64,000 nucleotides of DNA from Podospora anserina. Taxonomy: Eukaryota. Of this stretch, positions 50,665 through 63,247 are shown in pieces. Both the position numbers and the translations under genes were made by a program. How positions within the stretch are numbered: position 1 is the stretch's first letter; every line of letters starts with the position of its first letter. The notes under the pieces are model-generated. The model did no database searches. It saw only the letters and a program-made list of their open reading frames with translations, and was not told the origin of the DNA. The stretch lies in contig CM030337.1 of NCBI GenBank assembly GCA_017654855.1, forward strand, positions 4,030,001 to 4,094,000. The letters are read 5' to 3'.

Positions 50665-52510
50665 TCACCCGCCCTGAACCTTTGCAATGTCTGTGCTCGC
50701 AGAAGTCCCGTCACTCGAAGCAGCCGCTTCTTCATCCTTCTTCTTCTTCGCTACGCCTGGTTTCTTAATCGGCTTCCAATCAAGCACAAATGTGACAAGA
50801 AACGCACAACCGGCAGCAGCCGCACTGATGTAGTATGTGTTCCTGAGGCCCAACACATATGCCGCAAGTACCCGTTCCACAGCTTCTGGACGCCCGATCC
50901 TTTCCAACACCTGTCGAATCTGCGATGCGCCACTGTTCAGAATAATTGCAGGGTCAATTCCTGGAGCATCCCGCAGCATGTTGGTCATCAACCCGTTCTG
51001 AAAGACAGTTTGCGACACGGCAATGAATACCGCTCCCCCGAATGCCTGGAAGAACTGGACACATGCCGTGGCTTGCGCGATCAGTTCTTGAGGTAGACAG
51101 TTTTGCACGACGACTATTGGTGCCTGGAAGCAGACACCGGTTCCGAATCCCATGATGATTTGGTATCCGAACCACTTTGCAAAGGGGGTGTCGATCCAAA
51201 ACGTGGCAATCAGTGCAGCGCCAGTCGTGAGAAAGGCAGTTTCGACAAACATGACGATGTTGTATGATCCGATGGCCGTGACGATTATACCACTGAGCAC
51301 AGACGATACGACCATGGCTATCAAGAAGGCGAGAAGCTTGATACCTGCCTCGACTGCATTGTTGCCCTGAACAGCTTGGAAATACAGTGCTGTGACCAGC
51401 TGTTAGTGAGTTGGGTACCTCGCCAAGACACCGAAAAGACTTACACAAATAATAGACCATCGGATAGAATGACGCGCCAAAGAACATGGCAAACATCATA
51501 GCCGCAAAGACGTTTCTGTTCCTGAAGAACCGGGGTGGAATGATCCCCTTGTCCTGCTGCCAAACCTCGACTCCCGCAAACACAGCACCTCCCACACTCG
51601 CCCCCACTAGAAGGCCAATGACTTTCGAATCACTCCACGGATACTCAAGCCCTCCCCATTGCAACGCCAAAAGCAGCATGATCACGCTGGGAAGCATGAT
51701 TGCCGTGCCTACCAGATCCAGCTGCAAAACCCTCTCCATCCTCCCCTGCGCAGGCAAACCAGAATCAGGCTTCTTGACCCGGAGAAAGAAAATAATGACC
51801 GCCATCGCCACGCCTCCAATCGGGAGATTGATGTAGAAGCACCACCTCCAAGTCACCTTCTCGGCAAAAACACCGCCCAGCAACGGCCCGGCCACGCTTG
51901 ATATCCCCCAAAGCGCACCAACCCCACCGAAAGCAGTCGGTCTTTTCCGGAGCGGCAGCAAGAGTCCAACGATGAAAAACGACCCGCTGAATATGCCTGC
52001 TGTACCCAACCCTGCGATCGCCCTGCCAACGATGAACACTGTCGAAGTCGGTGCCACGGCTGAGATCAGACTCCCCAGCTCAAAGAGAAAGACGGCGCTC
52101 AGGTAGGTGATTTTGATGTCAAAGAGTCGGTAGATTGTTCCGTAGAGGGGTTGAAGGGCGGTCATGGTGAGGAGGTAGGAGGCGCCATACCAGCCGATGT
52201 CGCGGGTGGAATCGAACTCGGACGTGATGGATCCCAAGGCCGGGGCGATAATGGTCTGATCGAGGGCGACGAGAAATATGGCGAGGCAGAGGGATAGGAG
52301 GACCAGCCAGAGTTTGAGGCCGTGAGGGTATTGTGACTCGTCATCTTCTGAGAGAGCATCGTTTTCGGTGGGTGTGATAGTGTGTCCTGAGGCCGTCATG
52401 ATGGCTGATGGAGCCAACTGTGGTCCATTGCACCCGCTTTGGGGACCGGCGGTGAGGACGGTGGTATCTGGGGGAAGCTCATCCTGAAGAGGTTTTGCGG
52501 TGGCAGCCAT
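50665..52510 (-). CDS. MFS efflux transporter (DHA2/14-TM toxin-pump type), 1 intron near 51445-51390
   Basis: LVALDQTII, GWYGASYLL, GRAIAGLG, GPLLGGVF..TWRWCFYINLPIG. Confidence 0.93.
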
Positions 52511-52877
52511 GTTGGGCAGCGTGTGGTTGGCCAAGATGTATAAGCATAACAGATTTATTTGGTCATGGCGAGGTTAACTAAAGTAGGTCAGTTGACTAAA
52601 CAAACACTACCGCGAGGCGGAGGGAAGGACACTAGGAAACAACCACTCCAGATGTGAGAGAATGGGCACCATCGTGTTTCTGGGCTCGCGTCTGTGTTGC
52701 GGCCCGCTCCACATTCACACCAGCGCATTCGAGTCTACGTCCAAGCTTCCCGGACAGCACCAATGGCAGAAGGGAACTCGAACACATTCTCCATATCCTT
52801 TCCACGTCGACACTCTTAATAATCAACAAGCTTCTCTCACCCCCTATGAGACATGGGGTGTTAGGTGTACACCATGT

Positions 52878-52887
52878 TTCGGCCGAA
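52878..52887. promoter_or_regulatory. TTCGGCCGAA palindrome ~370 bp upstream of the MFS gene
   Basis: Read directly. Confidence 0.6.
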
Positions 52888-53547
52888 GGCATCCCTGGGT
52901 TTCGGCTTTAACCACGCCGCGAGTTTCTAATCTGTCAGGGGCAGCGTCCGCTACGATCACACCCCTGTGTCAATATCGAGCTGTCGTGGCTGCTGCGCCG
53001 GCCCTAACCCTGACAACTGGACTGAACCCCTGACCCCTGAATCACTGAGCCCATTATTGTTGGCTGATGAATGAACGAGGAGACTTCTCAAGCCATTATC
53101 CAAGAAAGAGATAATATTGAGTCGAAGCTAGATCTGCCATTCTGTTTCAAGCGTCATCCATAATCAATATCAAACTTTCTAGATGCCTTCCATCTTTGGA
53201 CTTGGAAATGTGGGTTAGGGGTGTGTTGCAGGTCGGCGTCACCAACACGATCGCATTGAACCCGAAGACATGGGACTGGGTAGGTAGATGATCGGCACTA
53301 CCTACACTGAGGTTCTGGGTTTGAAACATGCTTTGTGCAGGGCATGCACATATGGGTAGTGTCCATCAGAGCCACACCCAGGCCAAGTGTGAGACATCGA
53401 GGTTACCAAAAGCCAGCTAAGGACGGTGGTGAAGGTACAAGGGATTTCTTGCAGACAGTTGGCTATATCCACAGCAAACTACGGGTACCTTACTCATCTC
53501 CACGTCTTTGGACATTCCTCCCCACACCAAGATCCGCTAAGCTCCCG

Positions 53548-55401
53548 TCACCCCTTAATCACAGCCCTAACACCTTGACTGCCCCACACCGGGAAGGGGT
53601 TGAAAAAGTCATGGTCCCAAGCAATGTCCGCTTCTGTTGTTGCGTACAGCTCCATGGTTGGGAACACTCGATCTACCAGAAGAGCTAAAAGGACGTAAAG
53701 CTCACAGTACGCGAGGCTGGATCATGTCAGACAGGGTATCTCAGAAGACGGAGGAGGTTGGATGAGGTTACTCACTTGATACCAATACAACCTCTGCTTC
53801 CCTTGGAGAAGCTCAGCAACGCTCGGTCAAGGTCCTTCCGATGCTGATTCTTCTCATCGAGCCACCGTTCCGGAATGAAGGAGTGGGAGTCGGGGAAAAT
53901 GCTCTCGTCGTGATGAGTGATCACGGCAGACATGCCGATCGCATAACCCCTGGGAATCACGTACTGGGCCTTTTCTTCCTTGTTGGCGCCCGGTCGCTTC
54001 CAGGTCCCTTGATAGAAAAGGTCCTCGGTAGGAGCAACGCGAGAGCTGCGGCTGGCGAGACCATACGACAACCTCAGACCTTCGTAAAGGACAGCACCCA
54101 AATAGGGAAGCCCCTCCAACGTTTTCCAGTCTGGCACTTCGCCATTGTTTGCTCTCACAGCCTCCCTCACCTCATCTGTTAGTTTTCTCAAGATCTCCGG
54201 CTTCGTCAGGACATGATAGGTGATGACCGTCAACGCCCAGCTGACCGTTTCCGTGCCTGCCACGAAGAGGGAAAAGCCTTCTTCCACCAGGCGCTGGAGC
54301 GTCTTTTCGGCTGGCGGCAAATCCTTGTTTTGCAAAACCGAGCCGAAAACTGTTTTCTCGCTGTCGTCAACACCCTTGTCAAGATTTGCTTGAGCACGCT
54401 TGACGTAATTTGGCATGTCGACGATAAGCACGTTGAAGAGAGTCTCCATGTCTTCTGACAGACGGCGAGTGAACCTAATTGTCTGTCAGTTCGGATGCAA
54501 AATTGGAAGTCAAGAGGCCAAATTCTTACATGGCCATTGCAAACCCGGCGTGTTTCAGCCATGGAATGAAACGAAACAAGTACACCAACTTCAGCTGCGC
54601 ATACAGAGGCTCTCGGAAGTTTGGCTCCCAACCTTTCTGAGCTACCAGTCCCAAGTTGTCACCGAGGCAGTAGCCCGTGATGACATCGGTGGTAAACAAG
54701 CTCAAGGCGGTAGTGACATCGAACGGGGCCTCTTTTCCGACCGTGAGAATCTTGTCACAGAGACGCTCGGCCAGATCTCGGATGGTTGGCTCAAGACGGA
54801 AGACTTGGGCGCGAGAAAAGAACTTGTTCAGGGCGTTTCGGCGCACGCGGTGGAGGTCGTGGCTGGTTGTAGAAAAGGTCGCGTTTTCGGCACTGAAAAG
54901 GGTTTTGAGTCAGTGATTGGGAACTTCAAGATGAATGTTGGCGTATTCTAAACTCACACCCCACTGCCTCGCACTTGATGCATTGGCTTGTCTCGCTTTC
55001 TGCTGCCCCCTGCGTATATCTCGTCAATGAAGTGACGATCAGCACAGTGGACTTCGTGAGGATTGATCCGGACGATTGGTCCTGGAATAGTGTCAGCCAT
55101 CGAATATTGAACCATAGACTGGCGCAAATCACAAACCATATTTATCGTGCATCTTCTGGATCTGCTTGGTGTAGAGCCCTGACCTCACAACATCGTACCA
55201 GAATTCTGGTATGTATGTGGCCCTCGATAGCAGAGGTCCAGGAATGTGCGCAAGAGGGTGGAAAAACAGATTGTAGATCACCTTGACCAGGTGATAAGCC
55301 AGCCATGTCCCAGAGGAAACAAGAACAAACGATGTCAATATTTCGCCCGCTGTCCTGTTTCCACTGTAGGAGACAAACAGCTCTTGCAATGACGGTGACA
55401 T
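53548..55401 (-). CDS. Cytochrome P450 (trichodiene-oxygenase-like architecture), 4 introns
   Basis: [52 protein letters not shown]; last exon ends at TGA 53550-53548. Confidence 0.92.
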
Positions 55402-55786
55402 ATTGTTGAATAGTGAGGCTCAAATGAGCAGGTGATTTCAGTTCGAGACAGTGGCTAGGTAATCTAGAGCCTCAAGAGATAGACATGTCGGATATGTAAG
55501 ACCCAATCTAGCACATGAATGCGGGGGGTGGGGGGGGAGCATCTGATAGACTGCCATGCAATGAGTACAGTGGCTATCTGCAAAGCGAAGCGACTAGGAG
55601 TGTGCTAACCAACTCGGCAGAAAATTCACCCTTGCTGAAGGGAATTTAGCCCGATCTTACTTTGAGGCTGCTCACACTGGATGTCTCCCGGACCCGCAGC
55701 ACGGAAGATGGACCACCCCGCCCCGGCCCGTGGACAGGGGTCCATCGGGCATCAGGCTGCATAACGTAGATAAACATACTTAGCAT

Positions 55787-55794
55787 TCGGCCGA
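55787..55794. promoter_or_regulatory. TCGGCCGA palindrome ~386 bp upstream of the second P450
   Basis: Read directly. Confidence 0.6.
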
Positions 55795-57735
55795 GACTGT
55801 GAGCAGTACCTAGGTACCTACCTTAGCTTGAAGAGCTGTATGATTGGCCGTTAACCGCCGTGCAACCTAGATGATACGTGTGTGGAGGCTTGCCACATTT
55901 GTTGGTTTGGGGCGCAAAAAGCTCAATAATACTCATGGTGAATGAAGACGTCTTATCCGGCTGAAGTGTAGATCTTCCTTCAATCGGTCATGAGTGAATA
56001 AGACGGCCCGGTGACGTTCTGGATAATCGACCATATCCTAATGATCTAGGCGGTACCTTTGAGCGTAGCGGCATGTATGTGTCAACGCATCCGGAGGACC
56101 GTAAAATAGGAAGGTAGGTTTGATCGTCGTCAGAACTTTGGGCGGTCGGCGATGGCGAAAATATATCAGTTCAAGTAGGTATATACTCAGGTAGTGAGGT
56201 TAGTTGCTGTTCTCATTCATTACTCACTCTGTCCGTCCATTCAGCCACCGGAATATGTGATTACTTGCCTATATGCTCGGAATTCGTATCTTTGCAGATA
56301 GTGCGATCAATTAATCACCAATCCCTCTCACTACACCATTTTTTTTAATCGTGACATAGGTACGCAACCTTGTGGCTGAAGCCACCTGACGTCACCAAAA
56401 TGCTTGTCCCCAAAAGCACTCACCTCAATACCTGTACTTTTTTCTATCCGTCTACTGTACCACACACCTTCCCTGCGCATTACCCAATCAGGTAGTCCTG
56501 GTATTGACCTCTGTTCTGAGACAGATGTTGACTTGCGCCACGGACCATTAGCTCTCGTTGTAAGAATGTGCAACGACAACACCAGAACGGGAAGTGAGCA
56601 TATAATGGCGAGTGCATCTCACGTTATCTATCAGATGATATTAAATGGCTGGTAACCAGTCGAGCATGGGGGTCCTGCGATTGCGTATTCGTGTATCATC
56701 AGCAATGATCACCAACATCGAAGCAGGTTGTTGTTGCTTGTTTCTCTCATTGGATCAGGAGATTGCTACCGTCCAGGCAGGACTCACTATTTAACTTTAA
56801 ATCATGGGTTCGTGGGGGTTTGGTTCTAGAGCCCAAGTTGTTATCTGTGTACCATACGTAGGTACGTACCTGACCACAAAGGTGATTTGATGGATTAAAG
56901 TCGGGGTTCGGCAGGTAGATAAGTCGTTGTCCAGTTGAGTAAGTACATGGGAATGACACGGAGATGGGTGCGTTCAATATAGAGGACGACAGACGTCCAG
57001 ATGCGGGAATAGGTAAAAGCCGACTTTCTGCCACTAACTCCATTAGTTCATGCCAATATGAACCTGCTTGAACAATACCTTCGTATCAGTCGTGGTTTGA
57101 TCTAAGGGTACGTGGACCGCAGGTAAAACTTCATTTATCTGACCCAAGCTTGTTCCTACGTCTTGTGATGCGGGCAGACGGCAGTTTGGGCAGCCCCTCC
57201 AGTTGCGAATAGTGCTCTTGACCACCTAACACAGAGGACTCGGAACATGGCCCACCTCGAAGCATTGGCTGTCCATCCTGTGCTGACATACTGATCAGTA
57301 AGTAGGGTAGTGAGAGACATATGAGCAGGCCAGGTAGAAATCTTGTACGTAAAACAACCTGGAAATGCATCTGAACACGTCGTTCAGGGAGCAATATCTC
57401 GCCGAGTGCTGACAGGAGTGGATCTCGAAACTGGAAGTTGTCGACAAGTTGTGGACATCGCCTTCCGACTCCCCGTTCAGGGGCAAATAAACTTCCATGA
57501 ATGCCTGCTTTGGGGTTGGAGTGCAGAGCTCGCTTTTTCAGATGCAGGACGATCCCACCCCCCCGGCGATGGGGGTATTGACTGGTGGGGGGCTCGGCAG
57601 GGCTGGCGGCTACCTGTCAGAAAACCGGGGATAACCAGCAGAAAGCCCCGGTTTCGATTTTTCAACATCCTGAAGCGTTTTACTCCCCATCGCCAGCTCT
57701 TGCTTTTTCTTGGTTTTGTTTCCAGGTTGTTGAGA

Positions 57736-60236
57736 ATGAGTTCCCGAAAACGTAGGTCAATCGCAAGCTGCTCCAACTGCTATCTCAGAAAGTTAGTAAT
57801 TGCCCCATACTTATCTCATCACTGACTGACTGACACACATTGTTGCAGGCAAAAGGTGGGTTTCACTGCCGATTCCGACCCCCGTCCCCGCCCTACCGCA
57901 GAAGCCCGTCCCCTGTTTGCTCCCCGTTAGCGCTACGGAGAGAAGAGAGCCAGCGCACTAACACCGCTAAATGCCCTGTAGTGTGATCGCACCAAGCCAG
58001 TTTGCACCTTGTGCAATCGACGTGGTGTCCCTGATGATTGCGTTTACTACTCCAACAACGACAGCCACACGTCCAGCCCGACCGCCGTCGAATCCCAACC
58101 CGAAGAAATAATACACAACCCAAGGCTTTCTGTTGCTCATGTTGCCAGACCCATCGACAAGCCAATACCACCCGGAAATGCCTTTGGCAGCGGTTTGGAG
58201 CGGGGGCCCTGGAGCGCGCGACACGAATGGTCAATATACGTCAGATCGTTAACTCCACCAACACCGTCGTCGAGACCTGTTCCGTCTCTTGCAGACTCGT
58301 TTGGATACTTCCAGTACTCCAACAGTAATACATTGGCATTGATTCAAAAGGTTGGTACCTGACTACCTTGGTTGGACACTTCTGATCGTTCTTTTCGTCT
58401 ACTATCTAGTTGGGAGCAGATCACCATGATCCTTCTTCCACCGCGACAACGCGCGAGCCGACCCTGTCCCCCGAAAGCACCGACGATGTTCACCGCATCC
58501 TGGAAAGAATACCCGACCGCCAAATCCTCGACTTCCTGGTCCAGTACTTTAGGACCGAGGTGAACTGGATGGACCACTTGGTGCATATCCCTTCGTTCTA
58601 CCCGCAATATCAGGCATGGTTTGCGCTTGAGCAAATAACAACCGTCGCCGAGGTCGACTTTGCGATTCTCGTCTTGCGTCTCTGCTCCTACACCTTGCAA
58701 TTCCTGCCGTCTCCCTTCTATACACTGGACAAGATTCGTGGAGTACTGCTGGCCGAGATACGGACGTGTTGCGACGAGACAGCCGACAGCCTCGAGAGCA
58801 TCAGCACACAGACAGACAGCCGCGGATCTCTCGTTAGGACCCAGTCTCTGGCCTTTTATGCATTGCAGTGCCAGATGGAGGGGAAGACGCGGGGTTTCTG
58901 GGAGGCTTTGAGCCGCGCTATACGGGTAGGACAGGATGCCGGTATCCATTGCGACGCTGTCAGTCATCACAAAGGCATCGACAGGGTAGAGCGGGAGATG
59001 AGACGGAGGACATACTGCAACCTCTTCGTCTGGGACTCGCTCCTTTCACGCCAACTGGATCGTATCCCGTTCATTCCTGGCCGCATGGAGGATGCAAACT
59101 GGCCAGACATACGTTTACTTCAGCCACCACATCAGAGAGACACCGAAGGGGAAATCCCAAGTGGCATGGAGCCCACCATTGCCGAGGCGCCAGATCCATT
59201 CACAGAACGCCTCCTTCAGGCCAAGTTGGCCGACTTTTGGCGCGGTGCCGGGGTGGGACAGCGCGCCGATTACGACATGAGTCTCCGAGAAGATCTCTAC
59301 GAAGTCTTCAGCCGCGAGTACATCGACCGACTTCCTCCTCCTTTCGCCCTCCACAACCCGGATGAGCGGTGGGATGATCGTTTTCCCAAGCTGCGCCTCC
59401 AGCGTAAGCTTCTGCATATGGCCATTTACGACTCAATATTGTGGAATTTCCGGCCCCTCCTTCTTCGCAAGCCTTCTCCCCTACCAGCCTACAAGTCCGT
59501 CATGTTGAGCTGCCAAAAGCGAAAGCTGGCGGCAGCGGCACTGTGTGCGCTGGAGGCAGTGACACAGCTTCACGCGCTGCTTCACGGCTGCCACACACGC
59601 CTCGCCAGCATTGTCGTCACCACCTTTGAATCGGCTGTGGTCCTCGTATATCTGGCAGCTGACCAAACCTTCCCCGAGGACTGCCCCCCGCAGCATATTT
59701 CCCCGCCGGATGCCTTCAAATCGGACCCTTTGCAAGAGGGGATCTGCAAGGTCTCGCTAACTGTAACGCTGCAAGCGATCCAAGGGGCCCTGAAGCGACT
59801 CAAGATGCTTGCCGAAGTGAGCAGCATGGCAGACGTTGCAGTCACCACTCTGATACGCCTCATGAACAAGGTGGCGGTCTTGGCTACAGAACAGGAAGCA
59901 CCAGAGCAGATCCACCACGCTTTCAGCAACAGGGCGGCAAGGCCGATGGTGCTTGGCACTACGCGGCCGCACGCCTCTTCCACCACTTCACTACCAACAT
60001 CACAGATGAGCAGCATATCACTACCACTGGCGACCTCAGCACCTGGAGCTAACAACATTAATCCATGGCTTTCAGAGACCATGTCAGACATGAGATCAGT
60101 GGACGAGTACATGTCCGGAATGAACGAGGCTATACATGCTACCTCCGGCTCAGGAGATATCTCAGGCACCTGGCCTTCTTTTGACCCGTCACAACTATAC
60201 GGACCGGGGGTTTTTGGAATTTTGGAGGAGGCATGA
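57736..60236 (+). CDS. Zn(II)2Cys6 transcription factor with fungal-specific TF domain; exons 57736-57791, 57849-57855, 57982-58350, 58410-60236
   Basis: Spliced CSNCYLRKQKCDRTKPVCTLCNRRGVPDDCVY; middle-homology motif AIRVGQDAGIH...EMRRRTYCNLFVWD. Confidence 0.92.
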
Positions 60237-61535
60237 ATTGGAAGATAAAAAAGTTACCTGGGTACAACAAACAAGACTTTTCACACACACTCGCATACCT
60301 ATTCTTGTTTCTTTTGCAACTCGTCTCCACCGTTACTGCACGAACACAATATCACCTTTAGCCGGAGAGCGGACCGGAGTGGTAATCCCGAAGGCTGTTG
60401 GCCATCTCATCGGCGATAAGAAGACAGTGCCAGCAAGGAACAAGGCAGCCATACACACACCCCCCACACACACAACGACGAACAAAGCAATGCATCGACG
60501 ATCGTATCCGCACAGCGAGTCGTCCCGTGTTCCCAGAGGGATTTTCATGATTCAAGCAATAAATACCACGATGCAAAAGATAAGCATAAAGTTTCTCGGG
60601 GAAACTTTGAAGTGCGAACAAAGAGGGGGACCAATCACGGCCAATAGTCGGCATGGAATCGTCGTTCCTCGATCAAAAAGCAGTTGCCTCTTTGAAGAAT
60701 ACACGCCATCAACATCGATACACATGTAGGCTACAACGCTCCCGGGAGGACCTTCCTGACTGGGTTCCTTGTCAGCCAAAATCCGCCGGAAGTGAAGCCC
60801 CGGACCCTGGTCCGCGGGAAGACGGGATGGGGCGTCTTTTAAACAGCCTTGGCACCTGGGCTCCCCACCTTGCGCTTGGGGGTTTGGCAGTCAATGCGGT
60901 CAAAGTTCCGCTGTCATTCCGCCCTCGTTCCGTGGTGGAAGCAGCGGGGTTTAAGGCGATGGTGAACCGATTGGCCTTTCTTTGCGAAGTTGGGTGTCAG
61001 AAGACGACGTGACGACCAAACAAACAGTCACAAGGAATTTCTCTCTCAAGGTGTCAGGACCCCAGATCAGCATGGGTCCAGCGTAACCCCCGTCGTGATG
61101 GCCGCTAATGCTGTGCTAAAACACTTGTCGTTGACAGATCCACCCTAGTTCCACGCCGCCGACCTTATTTTGACGACTTGGACTTGGCTTGCACTTGGTG
61201 GATGGTGAATGGTCCAGCTGTCGTCTTCTGGAATGTCATGGTGAGAGCCTCATTCGACTTTCACATGGCGAAAGATTACCCGAGCGCATGCGCTACCCAG
61301 CCTTGGCTGTGACCCTGCTTCCTGCGTGCCAGATCATGCCATTGTAGCCATGCGGAGATCGTGCGCTCGTGATTGGCATCTTGACGCGAGATGACTTAAA
61401 CCTTGGTGGTGATACAGCATTTGGTGTTACACGGCATGAAGCCGAAGAAATGCACATGGGATGAACTGTTTCTATTCCACGTTCGGCCTGCCAGCATGTA
61501 TTCACATGCACCTCGTCATCACCATTACTGGCCAT

Positions 61536-62416
61536 TCACCAAGGCGCGTTGGTGCCATCGTACACGTTTGCCCTCCCCGGAGCGGGCTTGTCCCAGCCGT
61601 CAACGAATACCTTGGGTAGCTTCCCGTTGACTTCTTTTTGGCTCTTGTTGAAGATGATGTCGAGAGAGGCCTTGGCGCCCTGCTCAGCGGTCAAGTCGGC
61701 CATGTCACCACCTCCGAGCTCTGTCTTCATCCACTATTTCCGGGCATTAGCATTCATCATCATTCACGGGACGCCGAGCAAACTTACGCCAGGGCAGAGA
61801 GCAATGAAAGTGAAGCCATCCTTCTCGTGGTCAAGAGCCCACTGCACGGTCAGAGCGTTGAGAGCAGCCTTTGTGATCTTGTACGCGGGACCAGGAAACT
61901 GAACGAAATGCTCTGCCAGACTGATGGAGCCAAGGGTAGTGGAAATGTTGGCCACCTTCTTCAGCTGGCCCTTTTCGAGAAGTGGGAAGAAGGCTTGGGT
62001 TACCCAGTGAACGCCTTGGACGTTGACCAGGAAGCTGGAAGAGAGGTTGTCCCTTTGGAAGTGTCAGCGCTCGTTCAGGAGGAACCGATGGATCAAGAAG
62101 GCACTCACATGGACTTTGTCCCTTGGAACGCATATTCACAGATACCAGCATTGTTGATCAGGACATCGAGACCCTTGCCGCCGAGCTTGGCCTCTGTCTC
62201 GGCAGCGGCCTTCTTGATGGACTCTTGGTCTGTCACGTCAAGCTTGACCCATTCGGCACGGCCAGAAGAGCTGTTGACAACTTCACTGAGGGTTGAAGAG
62301 TCGCTGCGGGAAGAAGCGATAATTTTGCTGACTTTGGAAGTGGGCAGAGCTAAAAGCTCCTTGACCAGAGCCAAGCCGAATCCTCTAGAGGCACCGGTGA
62401 TGAAGAAGGAAGCCAT
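61536..62416 (-). CDS. Short-chain dehydrogenase/reductase (CsgA/C-factor-like), 2 introns
   Basis: ITGASRGFG, LDVLINNAG, NISTTLGS, YKITK, LCPG|WMKTELGG. Confidence 0.9.
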
Positions 62417-62990
62417 GGTTGTGAGTTTGTGTATGCAAGCTTGGAAATGGTGTCGATTTCGTGCGTGCGTTAGTGAGTATGAGATTTCTGGTGGTTGTGT
62501 GGGCTATAGATGGACCTCACTCAGAATATGCAGTGGAGGAAATATGGGATACCCGATAATGTATAGCGGCCAAGCCATATCACGGTACGCATGCGGTTAG
62601 GGCCAGAGACGGAAATGCAGGCCATTTCCATGATCCCAGGATTTGTCAGCGAGGGGGTGGTTGAGAATGACCAATGGTTATGGTGGGGAATATGCGGCTC
62701 GATGGTGGATGATCTGCCCTTCTTTGTTTGTTTAATGGATGCATTTGCGACCGTCACCAACAAGTTTCCAACATGGCAAATGAGGATGAATACAGTTCTA
62801 TGATTGGACAAAGACAACGGGAGGATGCGTGGAAACTTTCGACCGATGCCCGATGGTTATGTCCGATATCAAATCGGATTTCGACAAACGCGATCATATC
62901 ATCCCACACCCCTGCGCTGCCTGCTTTGTTTTGGCCACAATGGCGGGTCAGGGGTTGAGGCATCGCTGTACTTGTCGGTATCAAATTTGT

Positions 62991-62998
62991 TCGGCCGA
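62991..62998. promoter_or_regulatory. TCGGCCGA palindrome in the divergent SDR/methyltransferase promoter
   Basis: Read directly; ~250 bp from ATG 63248. Confidence 0.6.
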
Positions 62999-63247
62999 CT
63001 GTGCTCGACGATACTGGATGAGCAAGTTGCACCAATCACGAAATAAACAAGGGCTCTATGAGCCTAGATGAGATACCTGATGCTATGTTCAAGACTGCAA
63101 ATAGATCGGGCATAAGGTAGGTTTGGCGCTATACTTTCTCCATCTCGATCATTTGCCAAAACTTGAATCCTCCACTGCTTTTGTGTCCACATACCTACCT
63201 GAGCAATGTCAGCAAAAGCTTCGTCCGTATCACTATCACATGAGAAG

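Noticed and set aside
56852..56872. Palindromic AGGTACGTACCT, and related TAGGTACCTA at 47550 and 55811
   Set aside because: AGGTA/TACCT words recur in intergenic DNA throughout the window with no consistent position relative to genes.
61638..62600. 320-aa plus-strand ORF
   Set aside because: Antisense to the spliced SDR, which carries all catalytic motifs.
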